From Phallusia mammillata (taxonomy: Eukaryota): 64,000 bases of DNA. The translations under genes and the position numbers were made by a program. Below the pieces are notes generated by a model. The model searched no databases and was not told where the DNA came from. It saw nothing but the letters and a program-made list of their open reading frames with translations. Positions 52,601 to 64,000 of this stretch are shown piece after piece (the first letter of the stretch is position 1; every line of letters starts with the position of its first letter). The stretch covers positions 6,138,001 through 6,202,000 of the forward strand of contig OZ281494.1 in assembly GCA_965637545.1 (NCBI GenBank), in the 5' to 3' direction.

Positions 52601-55600
52601 ATTCCGATGTTTCGATGTCCTATACAGGTCACCTTCATCAGGGTAAATAACACTAAATGCGCGTAGTAAGATTAAACCGGTGAATTTATTATGACAAAAC
52701 GAGAGACGCGTGAAGAAAAACAAGAATTTTGCCAAACAAGCATTTTAATTGTCACACTAATACTTCAATGCAACCATGAATATTAATAATTTATTGTACA
52801 CTTCAATTGGTTAAATGAATATAAGTTTTCTGCAGATTAAACGACTTAAACATACTATATAAACTGACGATTAAGCTTACAAAATGCAAACATGTTTAAC
52901 AACCAGCTCAACCAGCTGATGCTTGAGTCCCAAAAAAGGTATAGTTTCGTATACTAGGTGTTGATTATCCAGCTCAGGTATTTCTTCTGTCTTGGTGACC
53001 TATCTCTGTTGACCTGGAAACCAAAGCAACCATAAATTGTACAGATTTCATGAAATCATTACTGAAAATGCTGTGTTATGTCAGTGGACATGTTTGTTCA
53101 GCTCTTTGAAACACTAAATATCAATGTCATATGTAAAAAATCATGGCAAATCGTCTTTCTTTTAACTGCAAACAATATTGAACAGTTGCTACATGTCGAA
53201 CAATATTTACCTCTGTATTCAACTTTTTTCTGTTTGACTATTTAGTCTTTGCTTCAAATGGAGTTGCATAAACGTTTTTGCATATTTGGGTGGAGATCTG
53301 AAAAAATATTGGAATTAAAACGAATAATTAAAAAAAGAATTCTTTTTGTTGGATTTTAGATTTGCAGGATCGTGCATAAAACTCACACTTAATAACATGA
53401 TCTGTTTTTTAGGCCGTTGCTTTGGAATATTAAATTAATCAGATAAATCAGAAAGTCACAAAATTCTACCAAAAAATGCAGATAAATTATTATTTAAGGT
53501 TTTAACCCTCGACTCGGTTTTTATTTTCTTTTTTGATACCCTGGATTCTAAAACAGTTGTATTACCTTCTGTCTCAGCATTTGAATCGCACATGCTTTCC
53601 GTCTCCGTTCGTGTAAACGACCACCACCATACTTTCATCTTTCTTTGAACCGCGGTGACTTTGTCGTCTCTTTGACCTTCGTTTTTTCGTGGAAGGTGTT
53701 TTCCTCTTTTGCTCTTCCTTCTCCTGAGCCTCTTCTGTTCCGAGCTCCTCCCAAGCTTTTTCCACAACTGTTTTTCTCTTCTCCATGATGGCTCGCTCTT
53801 TATCCTCAGTAGATACACAAGCGTCGACTTTATCTTCTCTTTGTTTTGGAGAAGGCTTTGCCCTCCTATGTACCGGTTTGGTATCTTTTGAGCAGGAAAT
53901 ATTTCCGTACCTTCCGTCATCCGCAGTTACTTTGAACATGTTACCCAGTTTATCGGACCACTGAATGACTTGGCTCTTCCCGGAAAGCTCTTTCAGTATA
54001 CTGGGATACAGAGGCGTTTGCGATCGCATTTGCTGTAGCGCCGTTGGTGGCCGGGTAATCTGGGCGTCAAATATCGGGGGTAGAGTATCACGGACACTTG
54101 TCTGCACCGAAACAGTCTGGTGGACTTTTTCCTCTGGTTCTTTTGCCACTGGCTTTTTATGTATCACTCGGGGCGATTCTTGCTGGTAAAATGCGCGTTG
54201 CTTAAGCTTCATAATTCCGGGTACGCCCTTTTTATAGGTCTTTTCTTCTGAAATATTCTCATTCGGGTCGCTATATTGATCGGTAATCAAATCGCCGGCC
54301 ATGTTAAGCACAGTGACCATTGCTTTTGGCTGACGCTTGATGCTTCGTAATGCGCGCAGTTCTTCAATCTTATGCTGGAGCGGAGTTCTTTCCAGTATAT
54401 TATAAGTCTGTTGCGTGGCTATGGGTGACTTGCGTTTATGGGCATTCAACTTTAACCTGTGTCTGAATTGAGTTGAGGGCGATGTCGGTTGTTCGTCGTA
54501 ATGAACGTTCACAGCTTGTGGTAAATCAGGAGCCTCATTGGTTTGTGTTGGTGGAATTTCGTACTTGTTGTAAAGCCGCTTTTGTTCAGTTGACGCTTTG
54601 ATTATGTTCTGTTCATCAGATGGGGATCTTTCTCTTTTTGTGTCAATACTTAAACCTGCAACCTTGTTTAGGTTTATAGGCGGAAGAAACCGTGATTTTG
54701 AGCTGCTCTTTTTCTTTTGTTTGGACGGTGGCCTCTCCAAGCTCATACGCCGCTGCAAGAACTCAATAATCGAGTTCCTTCGTGGCCTTGTAGCGCTTGA
54801 CATTGCAGAATCTTGTGAAGTAGGCCGTTCTGAGTCAGGCTTGTCCTGCTGATTAGGTGAACTTAGTACTAAAACTCGTGGTTTTCCAAACACCGTTTCT
54901 CGCTCTTTTCTTTCTCTGTGCACTTTCTGGCCGACGTTTATTTCCTTGCGAAGAATCTTACAGCTGTAGTCATCATCGAAACGAAAGTGCAGCTCTTTTA
55001 AGGGATTCGTTTTTTTCTTCTGATACTCACTGTGTGAGCTTTCAGGCGCTTGTTGAATTTTTCTACTTCGTCCACTTTTTGGACCCCCGGATTTTAATCC
55101 AGCTGTAGAATTGCAGTGAAGTGACTCCAGTGAGTTTTCATACACAGTTCTCAGTGAAGACGAGGCCCCGTTTCTGATCGTCGCAGTTTTATTTCTGAGT
55201 GATTGATTTGCCATTAAGCCAAGTTTATCTGTTGTCTCTTGGGCTTGCACGTTTTCTTTAGGTCCTGAATCTTTGTCAACGTTAAAGTGGCCAATCCCTG
55301 AGCTGATATAGTTTCCGTTGTTTACTGTACGACTTGTAATTAGCTGTTTAGCGCTAGTTTTTGTCTCGTTTGCTGCAATGGAGTTTAACAAATTAGTAGA
55401 GCTCTTTACTGTTATTTCTTTATTTACAACTGTATCTTTTTCAACAGTTGCAGAACTCTGTTTTTTACTTTTTGCGCTTTTCTTTCTAGGTTTAGTTTCA
55501 ACAACTTTTGTGCCACGATGTTGTCTCAGTGTCACACTAGTGTCAACTTCACTTTTAGCTTTAACACATTTCTGATCGGCTACAAGGTTGCATGCACTTT

Positions 55601-58600
55601 CAACTTGTGCTGCTTCGCTCACTAAACCACAAAGGTTTGGTGCGGGGACATGTTCGCTTATTGTTTCTCTAATATCCACTTCATAACTCCGATTCATCTT
55701 TTCCACTTCAACATTACTTTGAGTGCTCTCTTCATAATCAACATCACCCCTGTTGACGTCAGTCTCCATGCTTCCCCGCTTATATTCGCTCATCTCAAGG
55801 ACTTGTTGAGGCAACGTACAGCTGCCCTGACAATCCTTGTCTTCATTCTCGCTGTTTTGTTTCAAAGTCTTCACTTTCTCTTCAGGTTTTCCGACATCTA
55901 TATCTTCATGTGAACATACTTCGTTGCTTGCTTTATGTTTTAAACTGTGTCCAGCACTTTGTGTCACATTTTGAACTTGTTGTCCAACTTTTTTTGATTG
56001 TTTATTGTGTGTCACATCATGTTTGTCCGTTGCAATTGAGCCCTCTTCTCTGCTTTGGACTTCAGTGAAAGCGCCTTCAGTTGATGTGTTTTGCCCAATG
56101 GAACATGCTTTCGATAATTGTTTGTCAGTAGGTGGCGCACCGGTACTGTTTGCAGCAGCTTCTGCGTTTTCGCTTGTACCTTCACTTGTGTTGGTATGTT
56201 GATGGAGAATTTGTGTACTGTTTTCTTTTTCAGGTGACATGTGGTTCCTGTTTTTGTTGTCAGTCATTGTATTTGTTGTTTCTTTCACTGGAATTGTTTT
56301 GTTGCTTATCTTTGATAATTCTGTCTTTGTTTCAGTACAGCTTTTCTCATCGTTACATTCACTCTTAACTTCTTGTATTGGCATGTTTTGTGCTTGTACC
56401 TTTGTCCTTTTCTGTTTTAAAGATGTCTTTGCTTGTTTTGCGACTGTATTTTTTTCTTGTGGGATATCTTTTGTTGGTTCGTGCGATATTTCTTGCGTAG
56501 ACGTTAGAGGTGGTTGTGATAGTGTTGTATCTTGTTCTATTCGTTTGTTAACTGTAGCAATGTCAAGTGGAGCATCTATAGCGTTTTGCTGTTGTGCAAG
56601 TGTAAAACTTTCTTGTGTGTCTATATTCTGTTGGTGCGGGACAGCGTCAAGTTCTTCATCGTTTACTTGACTGTCAACCATTTCACATTGTTTGCTCATC
56701 TTAAGCTCCTGTTCTGGTTCCTGCGATTCCTGCTTTTGTTGTGTGGTTTTGATCTCATTTTGAGTTCTACCACGTTGGTTCACCAGGGATGTTATATTTT
56801 CCTTTTCCTCTTGTGACAGTCGATTGTGTTCATTCGTAGTTGAGCCCAATGTATAAGTCTTTGAAAACGGATTTCCAGAATTGAAGCTGTCCAGTGATAA
56901 AGTTTGCTTGATCGTTTGATGAAAAGTGCTAATGGGCAGCGACATTTTGCGAGAAAAGTTTTTTGCTCTCGATTTCCACGCTGAAGTTGCAGGTGATGGC
57001 GTCTCCTCAGACCAAGCCAACTTAACTTGCTTATTGTGTCGACTTTCAACCTTATTTCCCTCTGATGCTTTATCCTTGAGCTTTGTACCCTTGCTAGTTG
57101 TCGCTGTTGATTGCGAACTAGTGAAGTTGTTAGTACTCTCAGCTTCATTGGTCGTTTTTGAACTGGCTCCGGAACGCAGTGAAATACTACTTTCATTGCT
57201 GTTGGGTGGAGCAACTTCTTCCGAAATTGTTAAGCATTTTGCAACTGTTTGTTTTGTTGGTTTATTAACAACAAGAGTTGGAGGTTTCAAAACTTCGATG
57301 AACTCTTTCTTGTGTGGGTTTGTTGTCAGTTTAATTAGTTTTTTCTTTGGTTTATCCCCGGCAGATTTCGGCTCTTTACCTTGTTGCTTTTGTTCTTGTC
57401 TTTTCAAATGCTTCTTTAAATAGCTCTCTGACTCGAAAGAATCAAAATCACACGACTGTGTTTCTCTTTGCATCGTCTCAATTTCACTATATGTGTCAGA
57501 TGTTTTTAAACTGTTCAACTGACTTTTGATCATTTCACAACACTTTGATACTGCTTCAAATTCAGCCTCACTCTTTGGATTACAAACTTGTTCTGTCACG
57601 GGTTTTTGTGGCAGCGATCTACTCAATTTTTGCTTTCTATTCCCGTTGCAGTTCCATTGTAGTTGCAAGTTTAATCGTGGTGGAATTGGTTCATATTTAA
57701 ATTCCAGATAATCTTCAATTTCCTTCAAACTTTTTGGAATTTCTTTCACGTTTTCAGATTTTTTTTCAAGACTTGTTTTCTTTGTTAGTTTATTAACAAA
57801 ATTATTATCATTAACAATGTTGGTTTCTGTTCTGTAAAATGCCTTTGCTACTGCTGGCGGTTTGAGAATTGTGCCATTTCTTTTGTGGTTTTGCATAAGT
57901 ATGACTCAAGAAATTATTAATCTGTCAACATCTTTTAAGACGAAGCTTTAAGTGGAAGCATCGTCTGTCTACAAATGAATGTAAGCTAGAACAAAAAAAG
58001 GATGGTTTTGAACTGAATAGTGTAGTTTAACAAACTCTCACTACAAGGCTGAATTTTAATTTTCTTTCGTTTTCAAACTACCTTTTCGAACTTGAATTAA
58101 ACTTATTCATTAAGGAAAACAAAATCAGACGAGAAATGGGTTTAAGATTTTTTTTGCTGTACTGCGTTTTCCCGAACGTTATACGTTGTATTTAAATAAG
58201 GAAACTTGCAGTTCACAGCTTCTGTAGTTTGTATTTGTAGCTCTAATTTTCCTGACTAAACGAAGCTTTTGCCTACAAAGGCCTTGCATTGAATAGTAAA
58301 TAAAATAAATTAAACCAAATAAATCACGCCTTATTTCACTTTATACCACTTACACTAAACCTTACGTGCCACTTTTATTGTCACGTTAGATTCCCATTTA
58401 ACTAGACTGAAATCTTTTCAGAAACTTCTGTGGCGACTTATCGGGCGCATCTTGAAGTGGCTACTTGTGTCATACTTTGGCCAAAACATATTCAAGCTCT
58501 AAACGTTTGACATGTTGATGACCCCAGTTAGCAACAAGAACACCTAATTCTAGTGCACAATAAAAAAGTTATTTATTATTTCACAATATTTTTATTTTCG

Positions 58601-61600
58601 TTCGGATTTTTTTAGGTGTACGATTATACTTAAATATAAGCTATTGCTACCAGGCATAATATCAAGTTTATAGCTCTCGTTTGGCAATTTTATTTTGTAA
58701 ACACATTTAAGAGCTGTATAAACTTGGTAACTTACCTTTATTCCAGTGTTTCTCAAACTTCTTTATTGTCGAGGCCAAATAATGTTTGTGTGTGGGGAGC
58801 TGCAAAACACGAAACCTTGAGAAAATCGCGCAAGATTATTAGCTTGAAAGCTAAAATAGCAATCTTTGGTGGTTTTCTGAGGTTAAGTGGGAGCCGCAAA
58901 ATAAGTAGTTGGGAGCCGTATGCGGCCCTGAGAGCCGCGTTTGAAAATCACTGCTTTATACCCTTATCTCACTGAAAATAAACAACTATATTTTTGTTTC
59001 GTTTTTAGAAAAAGCGTAGGAAAACCAACAGAAGAAAAAAACAAGGTGTGTTTTAATATACATCTTATAAACTCAGCGTTAACATAATGTTTTTACCACT
59101 GTGCTTTTTATTGCGTTGTAAGTGTAATTTATGGATATTAACAAACAGCATTTTTTCGAAGAAAATTCAAGACGAATTAATGGAAGGAAAACGACAAACC
59201 ATCCTTAAACTTTCCAGAATGGACCAATCATTAGCAAGCACAAAAGGTTTTGTCATAATCTCAATTCGCATTGATTAGATCAGATTGGTCAAAACCCTGG
59301 TTCCTTTTGTGCAGCCTGTGAACACTTTCTGCACACCATCATCGAATTAGTTACAGTAGTCACAGCCCTAAATAATACGCTCATTAACAAATGCCATGCA
59401 GGTCAATATGTATATATTGTGACACAACAAGGGCCTTGACCTTGTGGTGAAACTATTTAGGTCTCAAAACATAATCTAATGTGTCCCTTTGTTGTATTAT
59501 GACCTCCCTGGATTAGATGATTGATTTACAGTACATCCCTTTTTTAGGTGGTGTTTGGATACTTTCATGTTCTTTGGAACTGAACTCAAACGATTCCATT
59601 CTGATAAGAGTTTTATCGAACAGCCAATCAGCAGCCGGTGAGCTCATCATTCAGCCAATCAGAGGATCCATTCCAATAGAATGGCAAAACGGAGGTAGCC
59701 AATAACTACTAAACTCACAAACTTATTTTTGGCGTGTTTTTTTCTTCTCTATCTTGCATTATACAACCTGCAAAGTTTGTGTTTCGTGAGTTTTTAATGT
59801 TTTTTTTTTCTTCTTTTTTGTTGTATTTTGTGTCACTGTACATGTGTGGTTGTTGGGCGAATAATGTTATTTTATTCTTTCTTGCCTGGCTTTAGACCGT
59901 CTGTGTTTTTCCTACTACTAATGCGCTAATGGGATTATATAAGAAAACTCGAAACAATTGCAAATTGTTTTCTTTCAGAGACCATAAATGTCAAATTTTA
60001 TTAGGCGGTGTCCAGTATGTTTTCATATTTATACTTTCAGCTGATATCCATGCACTGTTTCTGACAAACTCCTTACCTGAGTTTACCTACTTGCAAAGTA
60101 TGCAGCGGTTGTCGAGTCTTCCAATCTTGCCTCAACTTCTCAGGGACAACAACCCAAAACAACCAGGTAAGGAAAAAAATATTTATACCTGGTGGCAAAG
60201 TACTTTGCATGTGTGTTTATATTTCTTCGTCTTATCAAGGAACAAAGATTAAACAATTAAGCCACAAACCCACTGCAAAGTTTAATGTGAAGTTGGATGA
60301 AGCAGTAAGTAATAAATACCGTTACAATATGTTTACATATACTTGTTTTCGAGATCTATTTTTTTAATTATACTGTTTGAAGTTATTTGATACATCAATT
60401 TTGTTTGAAGCAGGCCTCGTTGGTTTTATTAGAGAAGTTTGAATGTTGCACCAATCTTATTTATTTCTGAGTTCTTATTTCACTTTTTCAGTTGAAAGTT
60501 GTTACTGGGTTTGTGGAGAAATTCAATTTGAACGAGGATCAAGCGTCGATTCTTTGTTCAGCAGCTGAAATGTTGTTGGACAAAAACAACTCAATTTCAC
60601 CGTTGCTCGTTATCGATGGTAAGTAATGCATTGCTCTTAACGTAACTTGGTTAACCGAAAAATGTACTGTTGATCCGATAATTCCGTTTTTGTTGTTCAA
60701 CTTCACTTCAAAGGGTTTTTGAATGTTTTAAACACGAACATTTTTTTGCACTTTAGGCGTTGTAGGCTCGGGGAAAACTTTTCTGCTAGCTATCGTGGCG
60801 CTTCTTGTATTTGAATTGCTCTCGACCAATGAGAACGTAGCTGACGACGAATCTGGCGAGGTGATTGGCCGAAAGCGGAAAATTCAAAGAAAGTGGAAAA
60901 TATTGATTACGTCAGAATTAGATTCAGTGGTAAGTTCGGAAATACGTCACGTCGACTGCCACGTAATAGATAGTGACGTAGGCTAAACCTCAACGAGATA
61001 TTTAATTTTTGCTTTACGTCGTGGTTATTGTCGTCAAGGTATTCCAGCATTTCGTGTAGTCTGGCTTTTTATTTTTTGATTATGTCACAACTTATGACGA
61101 AAGTTAACATGAGAATGCCGTTTTATGACGTATAGTTTATCACATTAGACCAGGGGCGTGCAACTTCTCCAGTCGGCGGGCCTGATATGGGAAAATGAAG
61201 TACTTGGCGGGCCGGATTCCTGAATCGATACATTTATCGTGTATTCATCCAGTGATTTAAAATGGATTTTTGACCACCTAAACCAAATACAATCAAGATC
61301 GTCACAATTACAATACAGTCCAAACAATCTAACTGATATAACATAAAATTAAAGGAAACCGTGAAAGCAGGCCCCATACAAGGTTGGCAGTTATGTCGTA
61401 ACAATGGACGTAAGGTACAATGGTAACAAAGGCGGATTTTTTGTTATTCGGGAGCGTCACTGTCCGTTACAACTGGAATTAATTTGACGTAGTAAGCAAG
61501 TATAGTGGGGGATTGCGACAGACTGTGGCCGTGGGTCACATTATCAGGTAAGACCGGAAACTGCCTGCGGGCCGCTCAAAATCCCGTCGCGGGCCGTATG

Positions 61601-64000
61601 TTGCCCGCCCCTGCATTAGACCGCCAGCAACTTAATTTCAAAGTGTATACGGCCACAGTTCCAAACTGTATTGATCGCAATAAACTATTTTACATAACAT
61701 TCCAGGTACATTTTTTATTGCATTCTTTTTAATTTCAAAGCTTCGATTTCGACAAAACGACGTCGTGAATTTAATTAAATGCACGGAGCAAAAAGTAAAC
61801 TCACAAAATCGCTAGGGAGCAATAGGTTGTAATATAGAGTTTAACTTACAACTCGACAATCATCAATGGTTTTTTTTTCACAAAGGTGGATCAAATAATC
61901 CTGAAACTGGTGCAACTTGGGTTTTCGAACGTAGTAAGAGTTGGTGACTTGAACAAAATTAATAGAAAGTTGCTTCCACACTCTGTTCACATCAGAGGAG
62001 GATCGGACGAACATGTTAAAAAGTTGAAGGTTTGTTTCGCTTTTTCACTGTAAACATTTATAGCAGGGGTGGCCAACTTGCCAGTCGTTAAGATCGACGA
62101 AAATTTTCTTAATTGTACGCGATCGACTGATCAGTCGTAATTTAGGCTGACACTAACACAAAGCAATAACGCAAATTTTTTCATGCGATTTGCTTGACAA
62201 TTGCCACATATTTATGGTCATGAGTTTTGTTGGCAAGCATCACCTAGTTATTACAACAATAAAACGTCGCATATGCACACAATTTTTATCAAAGTAGTCA
62301 GTGGGAACTTTTAAATCTCCCCAATCAATAGCAACAGCTTCGTTAAAGCAAACACTCAAGTTGTGACGACAAACATTGTAGTTGTTACGACATAATTTGG
62401 TGCCAAAATAACAATTGTTACGCAACAAAGAAAGTGACAATTACTTAGGTATTGTCTTATTACACATGTGTGCGTTGTTTCAAAATGACAGAAGTGCTGT
62501 TTTATAATATTTAATTTGTTTTTCAATTAATAAGCGTTTGATTAGTTGTGGAGAATTTAGTGGCGATCGACCAGTCAAAAGCAGGCGATCGACGTGTTGG
62601 CCACACCTGATTTATAGCATGAATCTACTAATGGCCTGGATAGTTTACAATTGTAGTTTCGAATTATATTTTTACCAAAAAACGTTGGTCTAAAACTTTT
62701 CTTTTCTTGTGTTTTGTTTATCTTCTTTTCATCTCGCAGCTGATGTTGCGACAAGGAGCTGAATCAGACCCAGAAAGACAGTGAGTGTCAAATAATATAC
62801 ATAAATTTGTTCAGGTGGAAACTAGGAAATCAATTATGCGTTAGTTTTGATTTCTGATCACACAGTAATAAACACTTTTTTCCGCTTCTTACTATTTATT
62901 TTTTGAACTGTTTATTATTATTTGTAAACTAAATATTGTTGACAAAATTATTTTTAACAGTTACATTCGAAAAAGTTTGGAGTTGGCGCTCTCTGGTGGC
63001 GCCAAGCGGTTACTGCACAACGCTTTTGTGGTGGGCGCAACTTGTCGCGACGCTCTTGCCTCCTCCATCGGATATTACAAATTTCCTGTGCGTTAAATTA
63101 CCATATCTTTGGTTTAATATACGTTCTAACGAGTATGTTTGTTGTTAGGTCATAATCATTGATGACGCTTCAATGATTTCGGAACCAATGGCACTTTCAA
63201 CTTTGACCCGATATACGTGCGAGAAACTTCTCATAGCAGGGGATTCCCGGATGTCGGTGATAAATAACAACGCCGTACAGCGGTCGTTATTTCAAAGGTA
63301 GATTTTCGTGTACTATCGTGGCTTTATGTTACAGTGCAAAACATGCAAAAAATCACTTTAAGATAAATTTTAAATAAATAAATGTGATAGAAATTTCTCC
63401 AGCGGTTTCCCAAAATTTGGACTTGCAACTTCAACTACAGTTTTTGGTATTTAAATGAAACACTTGCGGTCTCTTAAAACTACTTAGCGGTCACCCAAAC
63501 CAAACCTTAAATAAAAACCTGTTTGTATGTGCAAGAATTTTTTTAATAATATGCTTTTAAATTCATGTTTGTTCACGTTTGGGCATGAAGTATTCATTTG
63601 TTTCAAATTTTTCGATTTTTTAGGCTATTAGATTTAGGAAATGACGTTTTTCACCTCAACACTCACTACCGCTGTCATCCACACGTGGTGGCGCTGCTCA
63701 ACCATGTGGTTTATGACGACACAATAATTGAAATGTCATCAAATGTAAAGAGTTTGGTTCCCAGCTTGCCTGGTGTTTGCTTTTGTGACGTCATAGGTGA
63801 GATAAAGGATGTGCGGGTAAAATATTGAGATCCCATTAACTAATGAATTTGTAAATGAGATTATGTTGTTTTGTGGAAGTTTTGTTTTAGAGTTATTGCA
63901 ACTACATCATCTCTATATTTTAATTTGCCACGGTTTGAAAGGGAATGAAGTTGCATCTGCGAAACTATAATTTCTTTACCGACTCACTCAAACGTCAAGC
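43625..64000 (+). CDS. ZGRF1: ZGRF1: DUF2439 N-terminus, large disordered exon, GRF zinc finger, SF1 (UPF1/DNA2-like) helicase domain; 3' end outside window
   Basis: VLYTHQKTKKQKVWQDG (43841-43981) and DLESDRYLIQVEE match the ZGRF1 N-terminus; big exon 46328-49669; GRF finger CEHEAPCKVARVRKEGPNTGRLFYAC...CKFFQW (51911-52400); helicase exons 60.5-63.8 kb (LNEDQ, GVVGSGKT, VRVG, VVGATC, HYRCHP). The start exon 43625-43657 is tentative. Confidence 0.93.
46328..49952 (+). CDS. ZGRF1: Possible extended terminal exon of a short ZGRF1 isoform (read-through of the 49670 donor)
   Basis: The frame stays open about 93 codons past the phase-2 GTATGT donor at 49670, to TAA at 49952; ATTAAA lies near 50010. 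Confidence 0.55.
53574..57896 (-). CDS. 1440-aa uninterrupted orphan ORF nested antisense in a ZGRF1 intron; low-complexity S/T/K/E/Q-rich, probably disordered
   Basis: 4.3-kb stop-free frame lying wholly in the intron 52555-59148; acceptor-like TTTGTAG at 57969-70 upstream of the ATG; donor-like GTAAGT/GTAAGG at ~58350-58365; AATAAA on the minus strand at ~53520. No recognisable domain and no transposase or RT motifs. Confidence 0.85.
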   Translation of the reverse strand: MQNHKRNGTILKPPAVAKAFYRTETNIVNDNNFVNKLTKKTSLEKKSENVKEIPKSLKEIEDYLEFKYEPIPPRLNLQLQWNCNGNRKQKLSRSLPQKPVTEQVCNPKSEAEFEAVSKCCEMIKSQLNSLKTSDTYSEIETMQRETQSCDFDSFESESYLKKHLKRQEQKQQGKEPKSAGDKPKKKLIKLTTNPHKKEFIEVLKPPTLVVNKPTKQTVAKCLTISEEVAPPNSNESSISLRSGASSKTTNEAESTNNFTSSQSTATTSKGTKLKDKASEGNKVESRHNKQVKLAWSEETPSPATSAWKSRAKNFSRKMSLPISTFHQTIKQTLSLDSFNSGNPFSKTYTLGSTTNEHNRLSQEEKENITSLVNQRGRTQNEIKTTQQKQESQEPEQELKMSKQCEMVDSQVNDEELDAVPHQQNIDTQESFTLAQQQNAIDAPLDIATVNKRIEQDTTLSQPPLTSTQEISHEPTKDIPQEKNTVAKQAKTSLKQKRTKVQAQNMPIQEVKSECNDEKSCTETKTELSKISNKTIPVKETTNTMTDNKNRNHMSPEKENSTQILHQHTNTSEGTSENAEAAANSTGAPPTDKQLSKACSIGQNTSTEGAFTEVQSREEGSIATDKHDVTHNKQSKKVGQQVQNVTQSAGHSLKHKASNEVCSHEDIDVGKPEEKVKTLKQNSENEDKDCQGSCTLPQQVLEMSEYKRGSMETDVNRGDVDYEESTQSNVEVEKMNRSYEVDIRETISEHVPAPNLCGLVSEAAQVESACNLVADQKCVKAKSEVDTSVTLRQHRGTKVVETKPRKKSAKSKKQSSATVEKDTVVNKEITVKSSTNLLNSIAANETKTSAKQLITSRTVNNGNYISSGIGHFNVDKDSGPKENVQAQETTDKLGLMANQSLRNKTATIRNGASSSLRTVYENSLESLHCNSTAGLKSGGPKSGRSRKIQQAPESSHSEYQKKKTNPLKELHFRFDDDYSCKILRKEINVGQKVHRERKERETVFGKPRVLVLSSPNQQDKPDSERPTSQDSAMSSATRPRRNSIIEFLQRRMSLERPPSKQKKKSSSKSRFLPPINLNKVAGLSIDTKRERSPSDEQNIIKASTEQKRLYNKYEIPPTQTNEAPDLPQAVNVHYDEQPTSPSTQFRHRLKLNAHKRKSPIATQQTYNILERTPLQHKIEELRALRSIKRQPKAMVTVLNMAGDLITDQYSDPNENISEEKTYKKGVPGIMKLKQRAFYQQESPRVIHKKPVAKEPEEKVHQTVSVQTSVRDTLPPIFDAQITRPPTALQQMRSQTPLYPSILKELSGKSQVIQWSDKLGNMFKVTADDGRYGNISCSKDTKPVHRRAKPSPKQREDKVDACVSTEDKERAIMEKRKTVVEKAWEELGTEEAQEKEEQKRKTPSTKKRRSKRRQSHRGSKKDESMVVVVYTNGDGKHVRFKC
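58744..58953. mobile_element. hAT-type MITE
   Basis: CAGTGTTTCTCAAAC...GTTTGAAAATCACTG; TSD CTTTATTC/CTTTATAC. Confidence 0.8.
61151..61613. mobile_element. hAT-type MITE; uninterrupted, inverted copy of the outer 12.3-kb element
   Basis: CAGGGGCGTGCAAC...GTTGCCCGCCCCTG; TSD CATTAGAC; the reverse complement aligns to both 12307-12598 and 13106-13238. Confidence 0.92.
62064..62609. mobile_element. hAT-type MITE
   Basis: CAGGGGTGGCCAAC...GTTGGCCACACCTG; TSD ATTTATAG. Confidence 0.9.

Noticed and set aside
53456-53920. Second 154-aa minus-strand ORF overlapping the nested gene's 3' end
   Set aside because: Alternative-frame shadow of a purine-rich stretch; no independent start context.

Overview
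AT-rich, intron-containing animal genomic DNA; compact genes, the MITE/SINE content and patchy CpG suggest an invertebrate deuterostome, probably an ascidian (inference, not proven). Gene order: TRIP11/GMAP-210 golgin (minus, ATG 27381, runs off the window start) head-to-head with OPA3 (plus, two duplicated first coding exons sharing one second exon); CCDC61 (minus); a NACHT-LRR (NLR-type) gene with no visible effector domain (plus); a small secreted Ly6/three-finger gene (plus); and ZGRF1 (plus, runs off the window end), whose 6.6-kb intron holds a 1440-aa antisense orphan ORF. Introns carry many hAT-type MITEs with 8-bp TSDs, tRNA-derived SINEs and four hammerhead-like motifs of Penelope type. 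Best leads: an internal TATA/Inr promoter and small ORF in TRIP11 intron 3, the twin OPA3 N-termini, the nested orphan gene, degenerate ZGRF1 helicase motifs plus a possible truncated isoform, and a head-to-head tRNA-SINE unit. Exon structures were assembled by eye from GT-AG sites and reading phase, and homology calls come from remembered protein motifs; no searches were run.
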